A stretch of DNA of 64,000 nucleotides. Origin: a virus (Duplodnaviria > Caudoviricetes). The stretch lies in IMG/VR virus record IMGVR_UViG_3300042154_002208; one strand, 5' to 3'. Positions 47,628-54,777 of the stretch are shown in pieces (the first letter of the stretch is position 1; each line of letters opens with the position of its first letter). The notes below the pieces were generated by a model. The model did no database searches and was not told the DNA's origin. It was given only the letters and a program-made list of their open reading frames with translations. A program made the translations under genes and the position numbers.

Positions 47628-48182
47628 ATGCCTAATTGGTGCAGTAATACAGTTCGCCTCACCCATGAAGATCCAGCTATGATTATTCGAGCGCGCGACG
47701 CTTTGACAAATGGTACATTCTTTAATGAGTTTGTTCCAGTACCGAAAGGATTATCTGAATCAATAGCATCGTCAGAAACAGACGAAGCATTGATAAAGTC
47801 AAACATCGACAAGTTTGGTTACGCATCCTGGTATGATTTTTGCGTAAATGAATGGGGAACGAAATGGGATACGGAATGCCATAGCGTCGATATCTATGAA
47901 GAGCATCCTGACACACTCGAGGCAGTATTTGATACAGCATGGGCACCACCTGTTCCGTTTTATGAAAAGCTAGAACGTATGGGTTTTCAGGTTGAGGCAA
48001 AATACTATGAGTCCGGTATGTGCTTTGCTGGAATGTATTCTAATGGTTCAGACGATTACTACGAACTCGGCACAATGTCAGCAGAAGATGTCGAGCGCAC
48101 TATTCCCGAAGAGCTAGATGCCGAGTTTGGCATCAGCGATAATATGTATCAGTATGAAAAGGATAACAATGAAGACGTTTGA
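47628..48182 (+). CDS. DUF1281/Api92-like (YubB ferredoxin-like) protein
   Basis: MPNWCSN, WYDFCVNEWGTKWD, FDTAWAPP. Confidence 0.8.
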   Translation: MPNWCSNTVRLTHEDPAMIIRARDALTNGTFFNEFVPVPKGLSESIASSETDEALIKSNIDKFGYASWYDFCVNEWGTKWDTECHSVDIYEEHPDTLEAVFDTAWAPPVPFYEKLERMGFQVEAKYYESGMCFAGMYSNGSDDYYELGTMSAEDVERTIPEELDAEFGISDNMYQYEKDNNEDV

Positions 48183-48396
48183 CACATTTGAACAAGTAGA
48201 AGACATGGGCGCTTGCATGAAGCGACCTATTGTAGTACATGCTAAAAAGATTGATGAGGACTTTCGTGTGAATACACTCGAAGGAAATTACAAGCAAGGC
48301 AAAGCTGGTGACTATTTGATGCGAGGAGTAGATGGAGAATTATACATCTGCGATGGTCCGATATTTGATAGAACCTATGATTTTGTAAGTGCTTAA
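48169..48396 (+). CDS. Small conserved phage protein (PGDYG-like motif)
   Basis: TLEG...GKAGDYLM.GVDGELY.C...IF..TY; start at ATG 48169. Confidence 0.65.
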   Translation: MKTFDTFEQVEDMGACMKRPIVVHAKKIDEDFRVNTLEGNYKQGKAGDYLMRGVDGELYICDGPIFDRTYDFVSA

Positions 48397-48416
48397 TATT
48401 TAAGCAACGAGGATAT

Positions 48417-48728
48417 ATGGAAAAAGTAATTAGAGACGGCAGAGTTGCTGTACTGGTATCGCCGGGTTTCGGTGCAGGTTGGTCTACTTGGAATAGAGAT
48501 GTGCCAGAATTGCTATTTGACCCAGCTATTGTTCAAATGGTTGGCGATGGTACAAGACCTGATACAATTGAATTATATTGCGAGGCCAAGTATCCCAACC
48601 AGTATTTTGGTGGAGCTAGCGATCTGACGGTAGTGTGGGTACCAGTCGGTACAGAATTTATAATAGATGAATATGATGGTGCAGAATCTATCATATTCAA
48701 AGACCAAGAAAAATGGATAACAGCATGA
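48417..48728 (+). CDS. Conserved phage hypothetical protein
   Basis: VAVLVSPGFGAGWSTWN...F.IDEYDGAE. Confidence 0.75.
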   Translation: MEKVIRDGRVAVLVSPGFGAGWSTWNRDVPELLFDPAIVQMVGDGTRPDTIELYCEAKYPNQYFGGASDLTVVWVPVGTEFIIDEYDGAESIIFKDQEKWITA

Positions 48729-48994
48729 ATGAGAATATAAGAAAAATAATGGAAAAGGCTGACATGCCTATGTGGCAAGATGAGCCATGGGGACCTGGGC
48801 CAGGACATGTGGACTGGCAAGGAGTTGACAGTAAATGCTTTGAAGTCTTTTTGCATCACTTGATTAATGAAGCGGTAGGCGTCGTTGCCAATGCCAGCAC
48901 ATCATCTGCATTCACGACATTTGATCAGGCGGTTGTTGTATCTGCACTGGCTAATGCACGCAAAGATATCAAGAATCACTTCGGTGTCAAGTAG
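48725..48994 (+). CDS. Hypothetical early protein
   Basis: ATGA coupling; MNENIRKIMEKA start. Confidence 0.65.
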   Translation: MNENIRKIMEKADMPMWQDEPWGPGPGHVDWQGVDSKCFEVFLHHLINEAVGVVANASTSSAFTTFDQAVVVSALANARKDIKNHFGVK

Positions 48995-48997
48995 TGC

Positions 48998-49026
48998 ATT
49001 TTAACATCTTTCAAGTGTTTTGTCAA
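48998..49026 (-). promoter_or_regulatory. Leftward (antisense) sigma70 promoter
   Basis: Minus strand TTGACA-aaacacttgaaagatgt-TAAAAT; spacer nearly identical to 46835-46863. Confidence 0.65.
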
Positions 49027-49053
49027 TACCCCAGAAGTCTGAAGGGTTATTGC

Positions 49054-49082
49054 TTGTGCTTTTAGCCCGAATGTGCTATAAT
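49054..49082 (+). promoter_or_regulatory. Promoter with variant -35 (TTGTGC), extended -10
   Basis: TTGTGC-17-TATAAT; ATG 49089 is 6 nt downstream. Confidence 0.65.
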
Positions 49083-49088
49083 TAGGGC

Positions 49089-49391
49089 ATGAGAAAGAAA
49101 AGATCAGACAGACGCCATATCGTTTACATGCTACAAAATGTAGCAACCGGAGATTTCTACATCGGAATTACTCAGGGTTTTCGCAAGCAGGACCTCAAAA
49201 TCCGCGTACAAAAGCACATTAGACGGGCATTGACTGAGCACAAGTCCTGGACGCTATGCGACGCTATCAGGTCCTACGGGGTCTCAGCATTTGTTGCACA
49301 AGAACTTGCCATCGTCAGAGGCAAAGCTCCAGCTCACGCTTTAGAACGCCAGTTAATTGGTGAGTACTCACCAACATTGAACTCGCAGTAA
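49089..49391 (+). CDS. Small GIY-YIG domain protein, apparently leaderless
   Basis: IVYML......FYIGIT...R...H...E. Confidence 0.7.
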   Translation: MRKKRSDRRHIVYMLQNVATGDFYIGITQGFRKQDLKIRVQKHIRRALTEHKSWTLCDAIRSYGVSAFVAQELAIVRGKAPAHALERQLIGEYSPTLNSQ

Positions 49392-49411
49392 CCCTAGTTT
49401 CCAAAGGGTTA
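49389..49411 (+). terminator. Stem-loop immediately upstream of an early promoter
   Basis: TAACCCT-agtttccaa-AGGGTTA. Confidence 0.45.
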
Positions 49412-49471
49412 TTGCTTGACAAGTTGTCCAAAATGTGCTATAATTAAAGCATGAAAAAGGAAAACAAAATG
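49412..49471 (+). repeat. 60-bp promoter-RBS-ATG cassette, copy 1
   Basis: 59/60 identical to 51296-51355; includes TTGACA(49416)-17-TATAAT(49439). Confidence 0.9.
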
Positions 49472-49651
49472 ACAGTATACATTTTACAAGCACAGGGTCT
49501 GGGTGATAACGAATTTGCATTTTACAACACTGGCGTTTATAGCACACTGGAATTTGCACAAAATGCAGAACAGAATCTTATTCGTGAGTCGCATGACGAC
49601 GGGCTTACTGATATCGCAACTAACATAGAAATGCTGGAATTGGATTGCTAA
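49469..49651 (+). CDS. Hypothetical early protein
   Basis: AAGGA RBS, ATG 49469. Confidence 0.7.
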   Translation: MTVYILQAQGLGDNEFAFYNTGVYSTLEFAQNAEQNLIRESHDDGLTDIATNIEMLELDC

Positions 49652-49652
49652 A

Positions 49653-49946
49653 ATGAGAGACGATAGAAAAGATTACGTAGTTAAAGAGACCTGGCAAGAT
49701 GGTTCTGAGACTTATTTTATTTCCAGAGAGCATCAGCCAGAAGATGCCATTCACAGAGTGAACGTACGCTGGGATTCTATGGCACACGTATTCGGAGCAC
49801 ACGGCACCGTTATTACAAGACCAACAGCATTTGAGATATATAACGCAACAGTAGAAGATATGCCTCATTACTGGCACCCAGCATCAAGCATCAGTTCGCT
49901 TGTGAAACGTGTTTATCTTTTAGACGAAATGGAACATTATGGTTAA
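49653..49946 (+). CDS. Hypothetical early protein
   Basis: Operon position. Confidence 0.6.
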   Translation: MRDDRKDYVVKETWQDGSETYFISREHQPEDAIHRVNVRWDSMAHVFGAHGTVITRPTAFEIYNATVEDMPHYWHPASSISSLVKRVYLLDEMEHYG

Positions 49947-50160
49947 TAATATAGTTGTACCAGAATTTGGAATGTTCACCGAAGAAGGTGATTACGAAGT
50001 ATATCGCATTGTCGATTTAGCTTTAAGAGCGAATCTAACCTGGAATCAGGTAAAAGGATTATTAGAGCAATTGGCTACGGATCTGGGTCACGAAGAAGCC
50101 ACAGATACAGTAGTTCGCGAACGAGTTTGGGAATATCTATTTTATGAAAGCAGACCATAA
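49939..50160 (+). CDS. Hypothetical early protein
   Basis: FGMFT.EG...V..IV...EA.DT.VRE.V motif. Confidence 0.65.
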   Translation: MVNNIVVPEFGMFTEEGDYEVYRIVDLALRANLTWNQVKGLLEQLATDLGHEEATDTVVRERVWEYLFYESRP

Positions 50161-50161
50161 T

Positions 50162-50332
50162 ATGAGTAAATACGAATTTTTAGAAATGTTAAACGACGAA
50201 TATCCGCCAGTCAATCTAGCTGGTATTGAATACAGTTTTGGATATGCTCTGAAAGAATTAGATCCAATTCGACTCGACGTAATGTACAATGATTATTGCT
50301 CAATGCTGGAAGAGGAAGAATATGAATCTTGA
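50162..50332 (+). CDS. Small acidic hypothetical protein
   Basis: Start ATG 50162; LKELDPI....MYNDY. Confidence 0.6.
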   Translation: MSKYEFLEMLNDEYPPVNLAGIEYSFGYALKELDPIRLDVMYNDYCSMLEEEEYES

Positions 50333-50501
50333 TAATCTGATCGACGAATACGTCACAATATTAGATCGAGATCCCTTAGATCATTCGGAATCAACTGATG
50401 TTATTCTGCAAGAGTTCGCGAATAAAGTAATTGAACTCACTCGTCACGATCTTGGTCAAAGTAATTATTACAAAAAGCAACACAGTCTCTGGATAGATTA
50501 A
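50322..50501 (+). CDS. Hypothetical protein
   Basis: GAGGA RBS, ATG 50322; LQEFANKVI. Confidence 0.55.
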   Translation: MNLDNLIDEYVTILDRDPLDHSESTDVILQEFANKVIELTRHDLGQSNYYKKQHSLWID

Positions 50502-50502
50502 A

Positions 50503-50622
50503 ATGATATTCTACGTTATTGCTATAATCTTTTCAGCATACGCAATATCCACGAACGATGTTTACTATTTGGCTTTGTCATTAATCGCATGTGCTATAGC
50601 AATTATTGTGGAACGAGACTGA
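50503..50622 (+). CDS. 39-aa two-TM peptide
   Basis: MIFYVIAIIFSAYAISTNDVYYLALSLIACAIAIIVERD. Confidence 0.5.
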   Translation: MIFYVIAIIFSAYAISTNDVYYLALSLIACAIAIIVERD

Positions 50623-50702
50623 TGCCAGAATTAGCATTCGTTGTATTAATGATACTGATAATAGCAATCGTACTAAACGATAAAGGTCCACCATATGATT
50701 AA
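50622..50702 (+). CDS. 26-aa single-TM peptide
   Basis: TGATG coupling; MPELAFVVLMILIIAIVLNDKGPPYD. Confidence 0.4.
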   Translation: MPELAFVVLMILIIAIVLNDKGPPYD

Positions 50703-51069
50703 AAGAAAATTCGTAGTAGCGGGTAATATGAAAGAATATTATGCATTTCTTGATAAGCATAAAGATGATATTAACGTAATTTATCTATATGTCAACAGCA
50801 CGAGAGATCTAAAAGGAATGCGGAATATAGAAGGATATTTTACTGGTACTTATAACGAGAGATCTGATATAGAAACGATTAAAGAAGTAATAAGAATGAG
50901 CAAGAATAAAACTAATAATGAATATACTGCAGAACCAGTACGAGCATTAGATAATAATCACGTAATAGATTATAGATGGAAAGCATTGGAAACGACCGTA
51001 GATAATGCACATGATCTTCAGCAATTGGCAGATAATAGCATGATAGATAGCATGAGAAATCGAGATTAG
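50695..51069 (+). CDS. Hypothetical protein (3' part overlaps AGATAAT repeats)
   Basis: FVVAGN..EYYAF...LKGMRNIEGYFTGTY.ER.D. Confidence 0.55.
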   Translation: MIKRKFVVAGNMKEYYAFLDKHKDDINVIYLYVNSTRDLKGMRNIEGYFTGTYNERSDIETIKEVIRMSKNKTNNEYTAEPVRALDNNHVIDYRWKALETTVDNAHDLQQLADNSMIDSMRNRD

Positions 51070-51079
51070 TAGATAATAC

Positions 51080-51230
51080 TGTGGATAACCTGTGGATAAA
51101 TCGAAGAATAATCGAGCCTATATAGAAATGCTATATAAAGCTATTAAAGCATGAATCAGATCAGATCAGATCAGATAATACTTTATATTAAAGGAATTAT
51201 TATATTTTGATTATCTTTTTATTTGTCTTG
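51080..51230. other. oriC-like element: tandem DnaA boxes, GATC repeats, AT-rich tract
   Basis: TGTGGATAA at 51080-88 and 51091-99 (=TTATCCACA on minus); (ATCAG)4 at 51155-74; very AT-rich 51175-51230; non-coding. Confidence 0.55.
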
Positions 51231-51231
51231 C

Positions 51232-51260
51232 ATTATAACATCTTTTTCAAATCCTGTCAA
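51232..51260 (-). promoter_or_regulatory. Leftward sigma70 promoter pointing into the oriC-like element
   Basis: Minus strand TTGACA-ggatttgaaaaagatgt-TATAAT. Confidence 0.75.
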
Positions 51261-51295
51261 CCGAAGACCATACGACCCTTGTGGAAAAAAGGTTT

Positions 51296-51355
51296 TTGCT
51301 TGACAAGTTGTCCAAAATGTGCTATAATTGAAGCATGAAAAAGGAAAACAAAATG
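51296..51355 (+). repeat. 60-bp promoter-RBS-ATG cassette, copy 2
   Basis: 59/60 identical to 49412-49471; TTGACA(51300)-17-TATAAT(51323). Confidence 0.9.
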
Positions 51356-51541
51356 CAAAAAGAAATTACCGTAAAAGTCGAGCTAAATGCTCAACAAATC
51401 GCCCTTCTGCTTCAGATTCTAGACGAACAAATCTCAATCGGAAATATGGTATCTTCAGATAATGCTTTAGCTTTCGGAGTCTTAGAAATTCTAGAAACAG
51501 CTGAAAATACAGCTTACTCACATCTTCATTATTTTTCTTAA
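51353..51541 (+). CDS. Hypothetical early protein
   Basis: AAGGA RBS, ATG 51353. Confidence 0.65.
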   Translation: MQKEITVKVELNAQQIALLLQILDEQISIGNMVSSDNALAFGVLEILETAENTAYSHLHYFS

Positions 51542-51553
51542 TAAGGAACCATT

Positions 51554-51757
51554 ATGTCTATTCAATACGGTACATTATCAGAATTCGATATCATTGCTAA
51601 ATATACAAAAGAATCAGGTTTAGGAACCGATTTAATTGCTGGTCTAAAATCAATAAAAGAAAATTGGGATGACCTAGACGAGGATATTACAGACGCCTAT
51701 GACGAAGTCGTTTATCAATTATCTATATTCACCAAGGAAGCTGAGTATCTTGTCTAA
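51554..51757 (+). CDS. Hypothetical early protein
   Basis: AAGGA RBS. Confidence 0.65.
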   Translation: MSIQYGTLSEFDIIAKYTKESGLGTDLIAGLKSIKENWDDLDEDITDAYDEVVYQLSIFTKEAEYLV

Positions 51758-51766
51758 TTAAGAAAT

Positions 51767-51795
51767 CAATACCCCTTCAGAGATCTGGGGTATTG
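51767..51795 (+). terminator. Stem-loop abutting the -35 of an early promoter
   Basis: CAATACCCC-11 nt-GGGGTATTG perfect 9-bp stem. Confidence 0.65.
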
Positions 51796-51796
51796 C

Positions 51797-51825
51797 TTGA
51801 CAAGTTATCCAAAATGTGCTATAAT
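51797..51825 (+). promoter_or_regulatory. sigma70 early promoter, extended -10
   Basis: TTGACA-agttatccaaaatgtgc-TATAAT. Confidence 0.9.
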
Positions 51826-51867
51826 AGAGTCATAGTAAGTAAAAAGGTTGTTGAAGTAAAGAGCATT

Positions 51868-51925
51868 TAAGCCCGCTTGAGGAACAGCGGTAAAGCCCCA
51901 GAGCACTAGGGCACTTAGATGGGGC
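51868..51925 (+). ncRNA. Candidate structured RNA in a 5' leader
   Basis: CCGCT/AGCGG and GCCCCA/TGGGGC stems, possible pseudoknot; GC-rich island in an AT-rich leader. Confidence 0.35.
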
Positions 51926-51952
51926 AACGAGTAATCTATATAAGGACCTAGT

Positions 51953-52129
51953 ATGAAAATAGAAACAGCGATCAAGCATTTGGAATCAGATGCAGATTTC
52001 TTGGGAATGGAGTTTTTCGACTTCGTGGCTTTTGTTAAAGCAAATCCCATGGCACAGACCGCCAAGACCATTGAGGCTTATGCAGTATTCGCAATCGAAA
52101 GTAAAAAAGCATGGAACAAAGTAACATGA
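51953..52129 (+). CDS. 58-aa hypothetical protein, not in the ORF track
   Basis: AAGGA RBS; MKIETAIKHLESDADFLGMEFFDFVAFVKANPMAQTAKTIEAY... Confidence 0.65.
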   Translation: MKIETAIKHLESDADFLGMEFFDFVAFVKANPMAQTAKTIEAYAVFAIESKKAWNKVT

Positions 52130-52341
52130 ATAAAGATCTAAGAGAACTAGCACCAGTACCGAAAGAAGTCGCCCGCGAGATGCAAGAAGATGCAGTCGCA
52201 AGGTTCCTAGCTGCCGGTGGTTCCGTTCAAGAACTCAAAGGCCGTAAGAACCCAAAGCCGGTTTCGGCCAAAGGCAAATCAAACTCTGGCATGAAGCTCA
52301 GAGCGGATCCAACTGCCCGGTTCCCCTCAAAAAGCTATTGA
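52126..52341 (+). CDS. Basic hypothetical protein
   Basis: ATGA coupling; VARFLAAGG.VQ motif. Confidence 0.65.
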   Translation: MNKDLRELAPVPKEVAREMQEDAVARFLAAGGSVQELKGRKNPKPVSAKGKSNSGMKLRADPTARFPSKSY

Positions 52342-52366
52342 CAAGATTTCTACATGGTGTTATAAT
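52338..52366 (+). promoter_or_regulatory. sigma70 early promoter
   Basis: TTGACA-17-TATAAT. Confidence 0.85.
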
Positions 52367-52398
52367 ACTCTATGTAGCAACACAGAAAGGTCTATATT

Positions 52399-52659
52399 AT
52401 GAGAATGTTAACTGAAGCTGAAAGCAATCTGATCAACAACACAGAATACACTGTAGATTGGTCTGATCAAATTGATACTGACGACACTTTGTCTGGAGCA
52501 CAATGGGACTATGAGCGCGAACTCGAGCATCGCTTTGAAGTACTCGTTGCTGGCAAGTGGGATTCTCGAGATGATTTGGGTGGTCTCACAGTATTCTTCA
52601 AAGAGAATAAACTCGTGGCATTTTATGACTACGAACAGTATGCTGGCACTGTATTTTAA
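52399..52659 (+). CDS. Hypothetical early protein
   Basis: AAAGG RBS. Confidence 0.65.
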   Translation: MRMLTEAESNLINNTEYTVDWSDQIDTDDTLSGAQWDYERELEHRFEVLVAGKWDSRDDLGGLTVFFKENKLVAFYDYEQYAGTVF

Positions 52660-52806
52660 TGTTTGCTGGCGCTAGAAAGTGAGAAAACGGCGTTATAAGT
52701 CTATGAAAACATTAGCTTTTTTACGCCGTTTTTCTAAAAACATGCTAAAAGATGCCGTCCGTAGGGGTAAATACCCTATTCCCGCGTATGGTCTTTGATA
52801 AAATGC

Positions 52807-52835
52807 TTGACAGGTTGTCCAAATTGTGCTATAAT
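52807..52835 (+). promoter_or_regulatory. sigma70 early promoter, extended -10
   Basis: TTGACA-ggttgtccaaattgtgc-TATAAT. Confidence 0.9.
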
Positions 52836-52871
52836 AGAGTCATATTAAGAAACAAACAACAGGAGTAGATT

Positions 52872-53105
52872 ATGACCGATTCAGCAGCCCCAATGATCCC
52901 AGATCACATTACCGTAGCAGACATGATTGCGGCATTGTCGGCATTGCCCGCAGACGCTCGCTTGGTTGTGACCCACTCCGGATACTACTGTTACGACGAC
53001 TTCGCAGACATCTTCACCCCACGGCCTGTAGATTCCAATGGATCCACCTGTGCAGACGGTGACGCTATAGCGTACGCTATTGGTCACTCTCATCAGTCCT
53101 ATTAA
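52872..53105 (+). CDS. Hypothetical early protein
   Basis: AGGAG RBS; ITVADMIAALSALPADARLVV. Confidence 0.7.
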   Translation: MTDSAAPMIPDHITVADMIAALSALPADARLVVTHSGYYCYDDFADIFTPRPVDSNGSTCADGDAIAYAIGHSHQSY

Positions 53106-53114
53106 CCACACGGG

Positions 53115-53143
53115 TTGACAGGGTATTCAAACGGTGTTATAAT
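53115..53143 (+). promoter_or_regulatory. sigma70 early promoter
   Basis: TTGACA-17-TATAAT. Confidence 0.85.
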
Positions 53144-53167
53144 AAAGACATGAACAAAGGAACACAG

Positions 53168-53263
53168 ATGATTAAAGAGCTAGCGATAGAAGTATCCCAA
53201 GCAGCGCTGTTCGTAGCAGTTGCATTCGGTCCGTTTTTCTACTACATTTTGACAAAGGTTTAA
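53168..53263 (+). CDS. 31-aa single-TM peptide
   Basis: AAAGGA RBS; MIKELAIEVSQAALFVAVAFGPFFYYILTKV. Confidence 0.55.
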   Translation: MIKELAIEVSQAALFVAVAFGPFFYYILTKV

Positions 53264-53264
53264 G

Positions 53265-53561
53265 ATGACTATCAATTACAAAGCAATGGGTGAGATGATT
53301 ACAAGCAACGAAAAATACAAGCGTGAGATCGCAATGTACGGTATGACCACAGACCAGATTAAAGTGGAGTACATGGCCATCGGTCGAATGACAGGCCTAG
53401 AGATGGTCGTTGCTGGCATTCTGTCAGATGTGCAAGAACTTACTGCGTACCAGCATGCGGCGGATATAAACAGCAAGGCTACAAAGGAACTTATTCGCCA
53501 GCAGTTAAACATCGCGAAATTTGTGTTATTTGAAATGATGGATCAAAAGGAAACAGCATGA
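53265..53561 (+). CDS. Hypothetical early protein
   Basis: YGMT..QI...Y...MVVAGILSDVQE motif. Confidence 0.7.
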   Translation: MTINYKAMGEMITSNEKYKREIAMYGMTTDQIKVEYMAIGRMTGLEMVVAGILSDVQELTAYQHAADINSKATKELIRQQLNIAKFVLFEMMDQKETA

Positions 53562-53743
53562 GCAATATGAAGAATCTATATCTAGAACTCGTAGAGTGCG
53601 TAGCAATGGGACTTAGCAACGAATCGATCGCTAAGATTACAGGTCTTCCCAAAGAGGCCGTAGCGGTTCTAGCTCACGATATCGAGACAGAACAGATGGC
53701 GAACGATCTAGCCGAAGCGTACGGCGAATACTACGGCGCCTGA
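53558..53743 (+). CDS. Hypothetical early protein (possible HTH)
   Basis: MSNMKNLYLE...GLSNESIAKITGLP. Confidence 0.65.
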   Translation: MSNMKNLYLELVECVAMGLSNESIAKITGLPKEAVAVLAHDIETEQMANDLAEAYGEYYGA

Positions 53744-53747
53744 GAAC

Positions 53748-53898
53748 AGGGGTACCCTAAATTATAGATAGGGGTACCCGTTGCTAGATCAGGGGTTAAA
53801 CAACCGCCACCTTATATTCGTGTTTACTCTATTCTCAAAATTCTCTCTCTAAAAAAATTTCCCAGAAAAAATTTGCCCCAAAAACTCCGTCTAAAAAA
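53748..53898. repeat. AGGGGTACCC direct repeats plus phased A-tracts, non-coding
   Basis: AGGGGTACCC at 53748 and 53770, AGGGGT at 53791; A4-A7 tracts at 53837, 53851, 53866, 53880, 53893. Confidence 0.6.
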
Positions 53899-53905
53899 CA
53901 CTGCT

Positions 53906-54319
53906 ATGAAGACATTCGTTCAATCCCCTCTTAACTCCGCATTTGGTCCTGCACCCACATTACCCTCTATCAGACAAACACCCACCGCTAGCTGGCCCTC
54001 AGTAGATGCTGATGCCAAACCCGCTGTACGTCACCCAATTTTTAGAGCACCCCAACTCAACAAAGTCTACTTCACTAGAAAGATTCTCAAAGAGACCGTA
54101 AAACGCTATAACGCTAATACGTTACGGAATGAGATTGCCGAGGTATGGGAGATTCCTTTCTCTGTAGATGTAAATGAGCCTGTTACTGAACTTACACAAA
54201 GAATACAAGCTGTAATGACTGCTAAGAAGATATACAAACATTGGGATATCAATTTCAATACTTTTTTAATTATTGCTTCACAAGTAACTGATACTGATGA
54301 ATGGTCTACAAAGTACTAA
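53906..54319 (+). CDS. Hypothetical protein
   Basis: ATG 53906 in frame with the ORF-track TTG call. Confidence 0.5.
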   Translation: MKTFVQSPLNSAFGPAPTLPSIRQTPTASWPSVDADAKPAVRHPIFRAPQLNKVYFTRKILKETVKRYNANTLRNEIAEVWEIPFSVDVNEPVTELTQRIQAVMTAKKIYKHWDINFNTFLIIASQVTDTDEWSTKY

Positions 54320-54320
54320 T

Positions 54321-54548
54321 ATGAAATTTAACGACGTCATTCAATGGCTGGGTGCAGTTGCTATTATAATAGGACACGTTGCCAATGCTATTGGACCTGA
54401 TGCTTATCCCTGGAATATTGTTGCTTTTACACTAGGTACCGCTATGTTTCTAACATGGGCTATACGTGCGAGAAACAATCCGCAGATGGTGGTAAATATT
54501 GTAGCAATCGTTACTTGTTTAATTGGTTTAGTTAATGCATGGAGATGA
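54321..54548 (+). CDS. Small three-TM membrane protein
   Basis: QWLGAVAIIIG..YPWNI...G...FLTWA. Confidence 0.7.
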   Translation: MKFNDVIQWLGAVAIIIGHVANAIGPDAYPWNIVAFTLGTAMFLTWAIRARNNPQMVVNIVAIVTCLIGLVNAWR

Positions 54549-54549
54549 T

Positions 54550-54777
54550 ATGAAAAATTATGAACCAGACGATGGCGCTTTAACTCGCGATCAGATCGAA
54601 CAAATCCGTGATCGAGTGCGACAACAGGATGAGATTGAATTGGTAGACTTTATTAGACTGGCCGTTCTAGAGGAACGCGAGGCGTGTGCAAAGTTATGTG
54701 ATGACTTGGATAAGATGCGCGGATATTCTTATGCCGACAAATGCGCCGCCGCCATCAGAGCAAGAGGAAATAAATGA
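54550..54777 (+). CDS. Conserved phage hypothetical protein
   Basis: EEREACAKLCD...CAAAIRARG motif. Confidence 0.75.
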   Translation: MKNYEPDDGALTRDQIEQIRDRVRQQDEIELVDFIRLAVLEEREACAKLCDDLDKMRGYSYADKCAAAIRARGNK

